From: the human T2T-CHM13v2.0 reference genome, Homo sapiens
NCBI RefSeq assembly: GCF_009914755.1
Contig: NC_060942.1
DNA: 64,000 nt
Reading direction: 5' to 3' (one strand)
A program made the position numbers and the translations under genes. This document shows positions 36,165 through 50,172 of the stretch, one piece after another. Within the stretch, counting starts at the first letter, position 1. Every line of letters begins with the position of its first letter. The notes under the pieces were generated by a model. It was not told the DNA's origin. It saw only the letters and a program-made list of their open reading frames with translations, and searched no databases.

Positions 36165-37190
36165 TGGTGTTAGGGGACACAGTGGTCTCCATCCACAGGC
36201 CCTGGTTCCCAACTCCCGCAGCCTTTGCGATAATGCTGGGACCCTGTGGGCCTTGGGATACAGAATCTCTGACTGTCTCCTGTCCTTCTTTTGCCTGACC
36301 CAAGGCAGGACTCTAACCTGATCGTGGATCAAAAGATCTTCATTCCAGAGAGGGTCCCGCCCCACACTCTGCAGGAAGGAACTTGCACAGAGGCCGGGGT
36401 AAGTCTGAGCAGACAGGCCCTGCGAGGGTTAGTTACTGCATGTTTTGTCCATTCCCATTTCTGCATGGCTGTCAACCATGCCTATGTAATGAAATCTCTG
36501 TAAGAACCCAAGAGGATGGAGTCCGTGAGCTTCCCGAGAGCTGAGCACGCCAAGGCCCCTGAAGGACGGAGCGCCCATGAGGGCACAGAAGCTCCACGCC
36601 CCTCCCACCACCCTACACCTCCTCTTCCTGTATCCTTTGCAATATTCTTGATAATAAACCAGTTGACACAAGCGTTTCCCTGAGTTCTGTGAGCCACGTC
36701 AGCAAATTAATCAAACCCAAAGAAAGGGTCATGGGAAGCCCAATTTGAAGCTGGTTGGTCAGAAGTTCTGGAGCCCAGACTTGCAACTGGTGTGGGGGGC
36801 AACCTTGAGGACCAAGCCCTCACCTGTGGATCTGATGCTGTCTCCAGGTGACAGTGCCGGAACTCAGCCCGAGGACACTGCTGGTGTCTGCTGCTGAGTG
36901 GGGGGCAGCCTTGAGGACCGAGCCCTCACCTGTGGATCTGATGCTGTCTCCATGTCGACAGTGTCAGAACTTAGCCAGAGGACCCTGCTGGTGTCCGCTG
37001 CTGAGTCGGGGGCAGCCTTGAGGAGCGAGCCCTCACCTGTGGGTCTGACACCATCTCCAAGTGGACAGTGTCGGAACTCAGCGTCCACTGCTGAGTGGGG
37101 GGGGGGATATCCCCGCACATTTGGTCACAGATGTTCTCTTCTGCAATGCTATTGTCATGGTGATGTAAGAACAGAGGAAAGGAACAGCTA
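36165..37190 (+). mobile_element. MER21 (A/B-like) LTR with internal triplication
   Basis: aataaacc...tttccctgagttctgtgagcca..agcaaattaatcaaacccaa...gctggttggtcagaagttctggag...tgtggatctgatgctgtctccaggt.gacagtg. Confidence 0.82.
36793..37105. repeat. Three-copy tandem repeat (106-107 bp) inside MER21
   Basis: ccttgagga recurs at 36803, 36909 and 37016. Confidence 0.92.
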
Positions 37191-38924
37191 GAGCTTCCGG
37201 AAACGTGCAGCATCCACGTCCCGTGTGAGCAGGATCTCCGGGAGCCACGCAGGGGCGCGTTCACGTGTGAGAGAATTTCCTGAGTAACATGGGGGCGGCA
37301 GGGGAGAGAGCCCACAACAGTGAGAGCTCTTCAAACCCTAACGCTGGAGGGATGCCACAGCTTGCAGAAGCTACACATGGACCAGCAAATCTCACTCACA
37401 GGGTTATAAAGCCATGGCGCTGGCTGGCTTTGGGGAGGGAGGACTGAACTTAAAGGTGCTTCCATCTATTTGTAATATTTTTCCTTCTCTAATTGCCGGC
37501 GTTAGGTAGCAGTATGCTTTGCTGTATTGTTTAATTTCTCAGAAAGGTGGTTTTTACCGTTTTTAACGACCGGGGCCTGGTCTGGCAGCTTAAGGGCTGG
37601 GCTCCAGGAGACAGCAGGACTGGCTTGTGAAATGCGTGTTGCTGGAAGATGGTTTTGCTAAAGCTAGTTTGATCAATGCCATTCCTGGACATGTCTGAGG
37701 ACTTTGCGGAGGTATTAACAGAGGAAAACATCTCCACCTTGGAAACTCTTACTGGTGATTTTCTTATTTAATTAGCTTTGGCATAACAGTAATACCCCTA
37801 AAATCCTTTGCAAACTGACCCTCCATGATCACACATGCTGCAGGTGCATCTGGCGGATACAGGTTCAGGCTCAGACAGTTTGCTCATAGACAGTCTGGAC
37901 AGTTGCTTTAGCAAGACGGAGAAGCAGCTACAGTGACGATCTCCCCACATCGAATTCCACCCTCCCCACATCCTCTTTTGCTTTCTGTATTCAGATTAAT
38001 TATTGGTGCTTGTGCCTTTGAGCTATGCCAGCCTATGGAATTATATCTCTTAATACAAGGCCAAACTGGCAGTGATTCCCCTGCCATGGAAGGTGGAAAG
38101 TTCCCAGTAAATCAGGCTACGCTTTCGCCGGGTGCACTGTGTCAACTGCAGCCTCTCCTGGTGCTTCATCAGTGCGGTTGACCTATTGGAATTATGGTTA
38201 TCACATTTCAGCATCAGTCATCCCTTAGAGATGAGCCGGTTCTTCACTGATACGGCTAGATTAGGAGATAGATAGATACATTAATACATATCTAATGCAA
38301 TCACAGTTCCCCTGAGAATCACTGGAAACATAAGCTTTTTATTTATTTATCTTACTTAAACCCCAAAGACTCAAATGCCCACATGGGCTCCTGTCTGCTG
38401 TGTGCTGCCAACTCACTTGATTAGGAAGCATCATGGTAGGAGGGACTGTGGCAGGCACCTCCCAGGGTCGCTCTGCAGACATTCTGCAGGAAGCCGCACA
38501 CATTCACCTTGAGAGCAGCCTCCTACCCGGTGCCCACGGAAATGACTTCCCTAATTCTACCATCTCCACTGCAGTGGTTTCTTAATGCCCCATAAATCCA
38601 GCCAAATACTTTGACCTTTTTATACATTGTCATTGTGCTTCCTGAAATTGTCCAGCAAAACGCCTACAAGAGGTCTTCAGTGCAGCTTTTTGACGAATGT
38701 AGGAAGGCCAGGTCAGAGCATGGCCAGGAAGAAGCCAGCCACGTTCACCAGCAGCAGAAACAGCAGCAGCTTACAGGACGCCCAGGCAGCCTGTGAGCAT
38801 AACACACACGCCCATGCCGACACCCACACTCCCCCAAACACTGTAATTCTTAGCACCGGCCATGATAGGCGACTTATGATTCAATTATTTTTACGATGGT
38901 GTCCCAGGATGTGGTTTTGTTTGT

Positions 38925-39335
38925 TTTATATCCTTTCCTAAAAGTGTGGTAAAATATACATAGAATAAAATTGACCGTTTAACCATTTTTAAGCACACAG
39001 TTCAGCACATTAAGTACACGTTGCTGTTCAACCATCACCACCGTCCATCTGCAGAACCTTTTCACCTCCCACAACTGCAGCCCTGTGCCCGTCCCACCCC
39101 CTGCACTGGTACCCACCCTCCCACCGCCTGTCTGTGAGGTGGAGCCTGGTGTCTCCTGTGCAGAACACTGCTGCATTCCTGGTGTCTCCTGTGCGGAACG
39201 CTGCGTCGTTCCTAGTGTCTCCTATGCAGATCCCAGCGTCGTACCTGGTGCCTCCCGTGCAGAGCCCCGCAGTGTTTGTGTCTTGCATGGTGCGTTCTGC
39301 GTTCAGGGCCTGTGCTGCACCCATCTTGATCATCT
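38925..39335 (-). mobile_element. L1MB-like 3' end
   Basis: gtggtaaaatatacatagaataaaattgaccgtttaaccatttttaagcacacagttcag...aaccatcaccaccgtccatctgcagaac. Confidence 0.8.
39145..39275. repeat. Minisatellite, 33-bp unit, 4 diverged copies, within the L1MB
   Basis: cct(g/a)gtg(t/c)ctcc at 39145, 39178, 39211, 39244. Confidence 0.85.
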
Positions 39336-39505
39336 CCGTGCTTCTCACGCTGGACTCACAAGAGCCTGGCACTGTTCAGCCCCTGGGTGCCTGGACGTCA
39401 CGTCAGCCTAGCCGCACAATCAGAGGGCGCCATCGTGAGCTCAGGCCATTTGCTGAGAACCCCCTTGTGACAGGCGCTCAGTGGGTGCTAAGGGCAGCAG
39501 CAAAC

Positions 39506-39586
39506 GAGCCAACCTAGTCCCCTGTGGGTTTGCTCATCGCATGGAGCCAACCTAGTCCCCTGTGGGTTTGCTCATCACCTGGAGCC
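39506..39586. repeat. Two-copy tandem duplication, 38-bp period
   Basis: gagccaacctagtcccctgtgggtttgctcatc at 39506 and 39544. Confidence 0.93.
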
Positions 39587-39799
39587 CCTGCGGGGCCGGC
39601 TGCCGCTGGATGCGGAGGGTCCCACTCCTCCCCACAGGCTGCCCCAGCACTTAGGGCTTTGGCTGCTGGGTGCCTGGCAGGTCGTCTCACTCACTCTCTC
39701 CAGCGGCTTCGAGTCCTGCACTGCAGGTCGCTGGGAGCCCACCCTCCACCCCAGCTGCACACAACCCTCCGCCTCTCAGCACAAATCACATCCTGCCCC

Positions 39800-40330
39800 T
39801 TCCATCGGAGGTGGGGTCTGCGTCCCTGCCCTGAATCCGGGCGGGTGTGTGCCTGCTGCCACAATGGGGACAGTGGAAGCAATGCTGTGTGACCTTCAGG
39901 GCCAAGCCAGAAAAGGCCTTGCAATTGCTCTGTGGTCTTTCTGGGATGCCCCCACTGGCTGCTGCAAGAGATGCCAGCCACCCTGAGACTGCCACGCTGG
40001 AGACCGCTGTGTTCACCCTGCTGGCCCCAGGGCTCCAGCGCCAGTGCACAGGGACACCCAGCCTGCTCCAGCTGCCACAGCAGCCCAGCGACACCCATGA
40101 AGCCTCAGGCAGGACCTGCTTGGTAGAGCCCTCCCCAGGGTCCTCACCCACGAGAACAAAAGTCAAATGGAAGTTCAAGGCCAGCCTGGGCAACCTAGAC
40201 AGACCCTGACTCTAAAAACAACTTTTGTTTAATTAAAAGAAAAAAATTTTGCTTTAAAGCCAAATAAAATGGCTATTTTAAGGTGCTAAGTTTTGAGGTA
40301 ATTGGTTATGCAAGAATCCAAACTCACATC
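39800..40330 (+). mobile_element. Old MLT1 LTR (subfamily uncertain) containing a short Alu 3' fragment at about 40170-40250
   Basis: LTR end ttttaaggtgctaagttttgaggtaattggttatgcaa; Alu piece gttcaaggccagcctgggcaac...gaccctgactctaaaaa. Left boundary approximate. Confidence 0.55.
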
Positions 40331-40874
40331 GTTAAACTTCCCCTTGGAGAAGAACTGACTTTCTGCCCAAGGCAGGTGCTGTCTGGCCTTCCCCCTCCGT
40401 CCCCCTCCCTCCACCTCTTTTTGGTTTTGCTTGCTCTTTGGTCTGAGCAGAGTGGAACTGCCCAATGGGCCCTGCACTGTCCCTTCCTGGACGTGGACCC
40501 TCGGCCTGGCTTCCTACGCTCCTCCCTGCCTCATTTGCCACCAACTCTGGGGGATCCTCTAACACGTTCAAGCACTGCATCAAAGCCTGGAACACAAGGC
40601 AGCCAAGCCGGCCCCTTCTCACAGGGGACAAAGACATAAACTAACACCTTCAAGCCCAGACCATGTTCTGAGCTCCCAGCCCACACGCCCCATGGCCCCA
40701 GAATCCCCCACGTGCACATCTTCCAGATGCCCAGCATACAGAACCAAGCCCTGAAGCTGCTCACTTCCAGCCCAGTCTTCCGTGAGTGGCTCTGGCCCCC
40801 ACCCTGGAGCACCCTGTTCTCCTGGTCTTCCTTCACACCCCACAGCTGATTCATCTGTGAGCCACTGACCCTGG

Positions 40875-41285
40875 CCCATGGTTCATGCTGTGTGTCAGCT
40901 CCACGGGCCCACAGGGTGCCCAGCTGTTTGCTGGAGTGCTGTTCTGGGTGTGTCTGTGAGGGTGTTTCTGGAGGAGATCAGCATTTGCATGGATAGACTG
41001 CACACAGCAGATTCTCCTTCCCAACATGGGTGGGCCTCGTGCAATCAGGTGAAGGCCTGGAGAGAACAGAAAGGCTCAGCAAATGGGTGCTGCACCTGCC
41101 TGGCCCTTCAGCCGGGACGCTGGCCTGGTCCTGGACTCAGACTGGAACCCAAGCCATCGGCCCTCCTGGGTCTTCAGCTTGCAGGTGCTGGGACTTCTCA
41201 GCCTCCAAATTCACATGAGCCAATTCCTTTAATAAGCCTATACTTCTGGACCTGTTGGTTCTGTCTCTCCGGAGAACACTAACAC
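40875..41285 (+). mobile_element. MLT2 (B/D-like) ERVL LTR
   Basis: ttctgggtgtgtctgtgagggtgtttctggaggagatcagcattt...tgggacttctcagcctcca...ctgttggttctgtctctccggagaacactaacac. Confidence 0.88.
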
Positions 41286-41309
41286 CATCTTCAAATCATA
41301 CTCAGACAC

Positions 41310-41560
41310 TGGCGTTTTGGCGTCAGCCTCCTAACTGGCCTCCTGCACTGACTGGCCCCTGTCCTTAACTGACCATTTTCCACAGAGCAGCCTAATCAAT
41401 TCTTCTACACTGTGAATCAGGCTGTGGCTCTAAACCTACCACCTTCTCCACTTCACCCAGAGAAATGCCAATGTCCTTTCCATGATCTAAACCTCCGGCC
41501 CCTCCTAGCACTGGCTGCCCTCTAGACTCTTCACCTCCGCCCTCACTCTCTGCTCAGGAC
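41310..41560 (+). mobile_element. L2 fragment
   Basis: agcctcctaactggcctcctgc...ttccacagagcagcc. Confidence 0.6.
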
Positions 41561-41944
41561 GAGTTTTCAGACATGTTGGCTGCACACTTGAGCTCTGAGA
41601 ACTCAGTATCTGCATCTGTGCAGAAGGGAGAAACGGAACCTCTCTCTCCCAGGCCTCCATGGAGTGCTACATGCAATCGCGGCTCACAGTGAGTGCTCCA
41701 AAAATTATCCCCTGTCCACAAGACATATCCAGGCACCCAGAGACCTCCTTGAACTACAAGACAAACTAAACATTTTGCTTCTACAATTTACATGGACATG
41801 AAAGTTTACGTTAAATGTCAGCAAAGGTGTGTAGACACATATTGAAATGCTGCGGGTTCGAAGAAAGCTCCAAGCTGCGTTCCCAGTTTCACCGGAAGAT
41901 TTCACCCAGGGAGACATGGATTCTTAATCAATCATCACAACAGC

Positions 41945-42110
41945 TGCTGTTTATTGACACCTGCCTATGCCGGGCTCCAGGGCTGAGTGCTTTGCATGCC
42001 CTGTGTTCTGAATGGCAATGGGGTGCCTCACAGATAAGGACAGCTGGGCTCCGAGAGGCCCAGAGAATCCCCGAGGCCTTGGTGCCAGGATGCACTGGCT
42101 GCAGGCCGTG
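41945..42110 (-). mobile_element. MIR fragment
   Basis: tttattgacacctgcctatgccggg...gtgctttgcatg...acagataagga..ctgggctccgagagg. Confidence 0.55.
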
Positions 42111-42568
42111 GTCTTTCTAAGCACCTGCGTGTCACACACTTTTCACCTGGACATGCACCGAGCCGTGTGCAAGCAGGAAATCCGATTCCATTCAAGACCT
42201 GGCAAAGTTCACACCCATCGAAATTCCAACTCCTGGCTTCCATTTTCCAGTCTGATTTCAGCTGATAATCGTGAAACAAGAGTCACATTTTTATGGGACT
42301 TTCCTACTTCCTCCTAACTCTGCACCCGCCCTCTAATAGAAGCTTTCTGGGTAAAAGCCATAAAAGACAGCAACGCACCCATCTTTGGGAACAGATGGCC
42401 TCTCGGTTTCCCACAGATCCCTCCCACAAAGCGTTCTCTCACAGCCTCAGGACTCTCATGGCCCGGCCACCGGGCTCCATCTCGCAGCACTGCCTGGCAC
42501 GGTCACACAAACCGGGGGTGGGCGGGGGCCTCGTCTTTGACAGGACTCCAACTGCCCAAACGCACTGC

Positions 42569-42724
42569 GTTTAAGAATCATCTGAGGACAGGGTGGAGGA
42601 GGCTGTGAGCCAAGGACGGTCAGGACTTTAGCACGAGTGAAAGATCGTTTAAGAATCATCTGAGAACAGGGTGGAGGAGGCCGTGAGCCGAGGATGGCCA
42701 GGACTTTAGCACGAGTGAAAGATC
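42569..42724. repeat. Two-copy tandem duplication, 78-bp period
   Basis: gtttaagaatcatctgag.acagggtggaggaggc.gtgagcc.agga.gg.caggactttagcacgagtgaaagatc at 42569 and 42647. Confidence 0.94.
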
Positions 42725-44091
42725 TTGGGGAACATCGTCCAGCTTCTCCTTTACAGACAAGCAAACAGAGATGTCTGGGACTTGCCCCGCACATGGAGCT
42801 GCCACTGAACAGACTGCGCGGGGACGGGGCTCCTGGGCAGGAGCTACAGTCATTGTCCCCTCCCAAGAACTTCTTATCAAGGGGCAAAAAATATGTAAAT
42901 ATAAAAATATATATATAATATATATGTAAGTTGCGTCTCTATAACCACATAGTGGGCATGTAAAGTAGCATGCTACATGTTACATAGAAGCTAAATACAT
43001 ATATGCCTGTGAGATGGTGCCCCCCACAGCAGAGAGGATGGACTGAGAGCCACAGACTTCGGGGGCACTCACCATCACAGGTCCATGCTCTGCCGGGCAC
43101 CTGGGGGAGGCTTTATCCTTCATGCCCCCGACTTCACGCCCACCCTCCAAGCCCTCCTGCTCTGGGTCTGCCCAGCCTCTTCTGCTCTGAGCCGCAAGCG
43201 TCCCCCTGGGTGCAAAACAGGGCCTCCCCTTTCTGCTGTTCTGGTCCCGTTGGTGCGGGCGGCAAGCGGTGAATCCCAGGAGGCAGGTCCAGGCCCGGGG
43301 CACCGGCCGTGGTGCACTCATGGGTGCGCAGCTGTTTCGGGTTTCCAGACAGCAGCAAGTCGTCGCTGACGGAGACGGGAACAACTGCCCAAGGTCCTCC
43401 CATGGAGAGGGGAGCGTGGTCAGACCCGCGCAGTCATTGCAGTCATCGGCCTCAATGGCCACAGTCACCCTGATTGTCCCACGTGGCGAGGTGTGGAATC
43501 ACCCTCCAGCAGAGCTGCCCCTGGCGGATGTCCTCGTTTCTCTTTTTAAGTGTGAATTCAGGAACCAAGGCATCCTGTGATTTCCTGCGGTGATTGAGCA
43601 GTCATGCTGCAGCTGACGCAGGACCGGCTTCTGAGGAGCAATGAATGCCCGTGGCCTCGGGTCTCACAGCCTTCCAGGGCCCCTGCTCCCTCCGCAGTGC
43701 ACACCGTGGACGCGTCGCCTGGGAATGGGCTGGCACCAGCACACGTGGCCCGGGCTCTGTGGCCTGGGTGCCAGGACCCTCTGGGGAATGTGGGTGATCT
43801 GGGGGCCCTGGGGGATGTTTTCAAATGCAGACTCCCGGGCTTACAGAATCAGAATCTCTAGGAGTGAGGAGCAGGGCCTGCCTGGAATGAGAACGCCACA
43901 AGGAAACATTTTTATCCTCGGTGTGAGCCCGGCCTCGCCTCCCTGGTCACAAGCAAAGCCAGAGGGAAGCAGCGAATATCTGTGGACACCTGCTCTGCGC
44001 CGGGCCGCCCGCACGGCTCCAGGGCAAGCTCGGACCTACTCTGTGAGCCGTCATTTTGCCCCATTGTAGACAAGGAAGCCGAGGCCTCCGG

Positions 44092-44532
44092 GCAGCCGTC
44101 GTGGGTAAATATTCGATCCCAGCTCTGAGTCCTGATGTGCGGTGGTTTCCAGTTTCCAAGGGGTCCCCGTCACGGCCGATTCCAAGGTAGCAAGCAGACA
44201 GCACTGACGGGGTTAGGAAGAGACGGAGTGGGAACAACACGGCGGCGTTCCCTCCCCGTGAGCGTGAAGCGCGGTCGATGCCCCGCAACGGTGCGAGGTG
44301 AGCAGTTTCCATGTTTATCACCGTCGTGTTTAATAGAAGTTATTGCTAATTATAAGTAAGTCCACATAATTTGTTATGCATACATAGCACATATATATAT
44401 ATATATAAATTGTATGTTTAAATGATTTGATCTTTAATAGTGACAGTGTTTCATAACCGGCTCATGAAATTCCTGAAAACGCATCACTGGGCTCCCATGG
44501 GCCTGCAAGGACGCAGGCCCCAGCACACCTCT
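44092..44532 (-). mobile_element. MER63 (B-like) hAT-Blackjack MITE
   Basis: gtgtttcataaccggctcatgaaattcctgaaaa...ccagcacacctctg terminus, ggccgattccaag internal motif, AT-rich middle. Confidence 0.7.
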
Positions 44533-46354
44533 GCGAGACAGACAGCCCGTCCGAGGTTGCCCGGGTGAGTGTGGAGATCTGGGCTGTAAACTCAGGTCTG
44601 TGTGATTCTGCTCTTGACCTCCACTGCTGACATGAGAGCTGAAAACTGCTAGGATGTTGGGTCTGATAGGAACATTAAGTGATATGCTAGTCAAGCCTCG
44701 TGTAACAAATGAGGAAACAGAGACCAACGGAAATAAGATGACTTGGAAAGTCACAGAATCAGCTCAGAACAGAGCCAGGCCTGGTCGTCCCTTCCTCCTA
44801 GGCCAGTCGCCACCTGACCGAGATTGGAGATAAAAGGTAAACAGGGAAGAAAGTCAGAGTAAACGATACCCTAGGCAATGCACCTAGCTATAGGGAGAGT
44901 GGGGTTTCCAATTGCACAAGTTATAATAATTATTTAAAAGGATGTGGGCAAAATAATTGCAATAACAACAAAACAATAATAATACCACTTTGCACAGATT
45001 GCTTTCAGAGTCACAAAGCTGTCTTATCTCATTTACTCCTCTAAACTCTGAGAGATCTGTGGCCACCCCACACAAAAATCAGACCAGAGGCAGAGAACCC
45101 AGCTGACGTATCCAAAGTGGTAGATTTGGGGTTTGACCTCGAGTTTGTAAGACCTTGTTACCACGCATTTCAGGGACATCCCCCCGCACCCTAAGAGTGA
45201 TGGACATGGGAGCCTCCGGTCTATTTGTGATCCCAGATTTGCCACACCCCCAGGAGTGCACGGTCTGATACTGAGCAGGAGTGCCTGTCAGATAAACTGG
45301 GAAAGGCAGGCCTTTCTGTGGGCTTCTGCTCAAGACAGGGGGCCTCCCCAGAAAATGACCAACTCTAGAACAGAGTCAAATCCTGCCCTGGAAGGAAGGC
45401 ATCCCAGTGCTTCTGGTTACTAGCCACGGAAAGGTGGAGACAGCAGTGAGTGATCAGTGACAAGGTCTTGTGGGGTGACCTCAGTGCACACAGAGCTGGG
45501 AAGAGCATTGCCTTGCACTTACCCTGAGCGCAAGGGGGATCCGAAACGCTAGAGAGTAGAATTGTCTTAGGTAGGGGGAAGAGGAGCTGGTCGAAAGTCA
45601 GCATCACGTGGCGTGGGGCTGCCGTGGGGCCCTGAGCTCAGACATAACACACCTCTGACATGGAGGCCAGGCCAGCACTGTTCTCCGAGGACGTCAGGTC
45701 TGAAATAAATAGTATCTGCACTCTCTTCTCCCAGAGACAGGGCTTTTCACCCTGTGGCCAGGACGCTATACTCAAGTCCTGTCCAACAGCTGGGTCTGCA
45801 GGAATTACACCTGAGCCAGGCCCATGAGCAGCTCATTGAAGAAAGGGCCCTGGGGTCTGTGTGTGCAATGGAGGGGACAAGAGAGCTTCCTAAGGTGACC
45901 CACACTCAAATTCTCCTGCACACCTGAGAAAGCCTTCTCATTACTAGGCTGCTGCAACCCTTTCTACAGAAAGAACTTGCCTATGGTTTGGACACCATGC
46001 TTCACTTGGCAGCTGTTTCTTAACCGGAATTGACAGATCGGTGATCCTGCTTACACAGTAGTCTCTTGGCAAAAGCACAGGATCTGGAACTGTGTTTGCT
46101 TCAATCATTTCCCTTGACATTTGTCTGCTCTGGGGAAAGTAGTCACACTAAGGTGCTGGAAAGGGTGCTGGGTTGTGGTCCCCAGTGAGGTGCTGCCCTG
46201 GCCATAAGACCCATCCGGATGCCTTTTAAACACAGAGGCTCACATTCCCTGCCCAAGTCAGTATGACCATCCTCAATGAAGAGTCCACCCCATCAACAGG
46301 TGTCCCAAAAGCAAGAGACTCTAGGATGGGGCCAGCGTGGACTGTGAGAAAGAC

Positions 46355-47710
46355 CCACAGAGCCCATACAAACCCCACACAGCCCACATGCAGTCCACAC
46401 ACAATCCCCACACACAAACCCACACACAATCCCACACAGCCCACACACAGTCCCCGCACACAGTCCGCAAACAGCCCACACACAGCACACACAGTCCACA
46501 CACAGTCCCCACACACAGTTCCATACAGCCCATATAGCACACAGCCCACACAACTCACACACACTCCACACAGTCCCCACACAGTCCACACACAGCACAC
46601 ATAGGCCACACATAGCACACACACAGCACAGACACTGCCCACACAAACCCCACACAGCCCACATGCCGCCCACACACAGCCCATACAAACCCCACACACT
46701 TCCCATACAGCACACACAGGCCACACACACCCCACACAGCCCCCACGTATTCCCCACACAGCCCACACAACCCACACACACCCCACACAGCCCCCACGTA
46801 TTCCCCACACAGCCCACACAATCCACACACACCCCACGCAGCCCACACAATGCACACACAGCCCACACAGCCCACAAACAGCCCACACACATCCCACACA
46901 ACCCACACACACCCCACACAGCCCCCACGTATTCCCCACACAGCCCACACAACCCACACACACCCCACACAGCCCACACAATGCACACACACCCCACATA
47001 GCCCACACAACGCACACACAACCCACATAGCCCACACAGCCCACAGAGCCCACACAGCTCTCACACAACACACACAGCCCATAGAGCCCACACACAGCCC
47101 ATATACACCCCACACAACCCACACACAGCCCACACACAGTCCCCACACAGCCCACACAGCACACACACAGCACACACAGTCTCACATAGCCCACACACAG
47201 TCCCCCCACACAGTCCCCATACAGCACACACAGGCCACACACAGCACACACACACAACCCACACACAGCCCACACACAGCCCACACACAGTCCACACAGA
47301 GCCCACACACAGTCCCCACACAGTCCCCACACAGCACACACACAGCACACACACAGCACACACACAGTCCCCACACAGCCCACACACAGCCCATACACAG
47401 TCCCCACACAGCATACACACAGTCCCCACACAGCACACACACAGTCGCCACATGCAGCCCACAGAGCACACACACAGCACACACACAGTCCCCACACAGC
47501 ACACACACAGTCCCCACACAGCCCATACACAGTCCCCACACAGCACACACACAGCACACACACAGTCCCCACGCAGCCCACACACAGTCCCCACACACAG
47601 CCCACAGAGCACACACACAGCACACAGTCCCCACACAGCCCACACACAGTCCCCACACAGCACACACACAGTCCCCACACAGCCCACACACAGCACACAG
47701 AGCACACAGG
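46355..47710. repeat. Degenerate (CA)n / C-rich low-complexity block
   Basis: About 1.35 kb of cacacacagcc/agtcccc units; higher-order unit containing cgtattcccc at 46746, 46797, 46928. Confidence 0.96.
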
Positions 47711-50172
47711 GCCCAAGTACAGTCCACTCTGCTGCTCTGACAGGAGGGTCTATGCTGCAGAGCCACCTTCCATGCGTGGTGCAACAGGGTGCAAAATCCC
47801 ACTCTCGTCTTCCCAGAAGTATAATTATGAGCAAGTTACTTTTGCATGTTTATCTCAATTTCTACTCCCATAAAGTGGGGATAATATTAGAGCCCCCACT
47901 AGAGTCACTGAGAGAGTCGAATGGGCCGATGGTACCGATCACGCACCCCCCTTGCTCAGTTTCGTGGTATAGGGCACCCCCCATTGCTGGATTCCCCCTT
48001 CTTTGTCTAGAAAACAAGGATTCTGAAACCACCCACGAAAGACACCTTGTCGGACTGCGTCAGGTGGAAACACTGCTGACTATTGCTATAAGCGAGCACA
48101 GCTCTAGAGGCTGAAGAGAGATCCCGATGTCAGCATCACACCCGCAAAGAAGTACATGAGAAGGCCACAGCTGGTGGCTCCTCCCCAAATTACAGAACAC
48201 TGAGACTCAGAATGAAAGATGGCGAGTAGGAAAGGAAAATTAGCAGAACAGTTAATAAATAGGACAAAATAAGAGGAAAAACACCCTAAAATGTCCTGAA
48301 TGCCCAGGCCTGTCTGCAGCACCCTCCCGGCGCCGTCCCTCCTGGTGCAGCCAGCCCAGGTCTGCAGACCTCGCTGCTGTCAACTTGAAGCTGCAAACCC
48401 AGACTCACCTGCAGAGAAATGCACAGGCCCCACCTGTTCCCAGCTGTGTCCGTGCCATACTGCCCCAAACTCAGTGTGCACCCAGCAGCCAGTATTCCTT
48501 TTCCTGCAGAGCCTTAAACGGAGACCCAGAAATAATTCAGCCCCATCATCTCGTGAGCCTGTTGACGTTTGCGAGCCACCCAGGAGAGAGGAGACAGCGG
48601 GACTTGATGACGACACCTGGAGGGTTTCGCTGGTTCTGCTGATCCCACAGACCTCCTTCTGTCTCAGCCGTGCACACCCCTCATCTCACAAATACTGGCA
48701 GGCACAGTGACCACGGGCATCAAACCCGACTCAGCCCCAGAGAAGGTCACCCCAGAAACGCCCGGGATAGTGGGTTTGTTTCATGAGTGCCCACGGGCCA
48801 CCCCCTGGGCCAAGCAGCAGCTGCAGCCTCCACTGTGGGTCAGGTGGCGTGAGGGCAGGAAGGCCCTGGTCACAGTCCTGGGGCTGTCCTTGGACAGCAC
48901 TTGGGGGCTGAAGTCTCTCCTCCCATAGAAAACAGCGCCTGGTAGATGGACCGCCACAGCAGCCGACACCCATCTGACCCTCAGAATTGCACCCCGGAAG
49001 CTCCAAGGGACCCCACAGCTGTGCTTGCGTACACTCTGGGTGGCTGAGAGGACAGGAGGGCACAGGAGATATGAAGAGACATTAGTATTTTGATTCTCCC
49101 TGAGTTCTTAGGATTATTGGTTAAAGTGATTACAATTAGAGGAAGAAAGTTCAAAATAATTTTGCAAATGCTATAAAGATCTAAGATGCCAGTCAACAAA
49201 ATATATTCTTCCATTACACAGATTGGATTCTGCAGGAAAACCTTAATAATGGAAGGAAGTTCAAATCCACCTTCCAGGACTGTTTATCCCCGTTCTAAGG
49301 GATCGAATAGCACCCTGCACCCAAGCACGACCCCTTTGTTCGCCCTGGAGAATTCGACACCCGTGTTTATAATGCTGGAAGGATTTCTGTACATCTTAGC
49401 AGGACCCATGCAGACGCACCGCCCGGAGCCACGGGGGACAGAGAGAAAGAGATCACTTTCCCCCCAGGCTGCACAGGGGCTGAAATGTTGGGGATGTCGC
49501 TGAAATCATTCTTTCTTCTGCAGCCATCAGTCATTCCTAAAGGCAAAACTTTCGCAAATAGAGTAGAAAATAGTATGAGGACATTTTTACTTTCATCCTG
49601 AGATGCTCCGTCAACTGGACACGGGCTACTAATGTTAGAAGACTCCAGGAAGCCCTCCCGCTGGTCCTGAGGAAAACCCCTCACGGGTAAAATGGCACCA
49701 CCATGTGTCTCCAAAATTAAAGAGAATCTTTGTCTTTAATAACACATAAGTGCTGTCCTTATAAAGCGCAGTCCAACTCGCCGTCAGCACAGTCAGCAGA
49801 GCTCAGGAAGTGCGGCTCTCAGTCTATGGATCCGCTGGACGACCCATCCGCTGTTCTCAACTCACCGAATGACAGTAAAATCAAAGCCTTGTATCATATT
49901 CAGAAGATTCAGCGCCAAGACTCAGCGTGTGGCGGTGTCTTCTTTAGGACGCAGCAGTGCGATGGAGAAGGTAGAGGGTAACTCTGGCAGGGTGCATCGA
50001 TAACCAGCAAGACGTCTCCACAGCATTTTTAAGTCTCGTTGCCAAAGTCGCTGAGCACAGCACTGGAGATGAGAACTGAGTTGGCCAGAAGCCTTGGTGC
50101 TAATGAGCAGCGCTGCCCCTGCTCAGAGAAGCCCCGGCTCTGGTCCCACGTGGGCGTGTCCCAGGAAGGAAG

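Noticed and set aside
46226-48114. 496-aa Cys/Val/Gly-rich ORF and His/Thr-rich ORFs resembling keratin-associated or metallothionein proteins
   Set aside because: Translation of a degenerate (CA)n/(TG)n block; the same artefact occurs at 11.7-12.4 kb.
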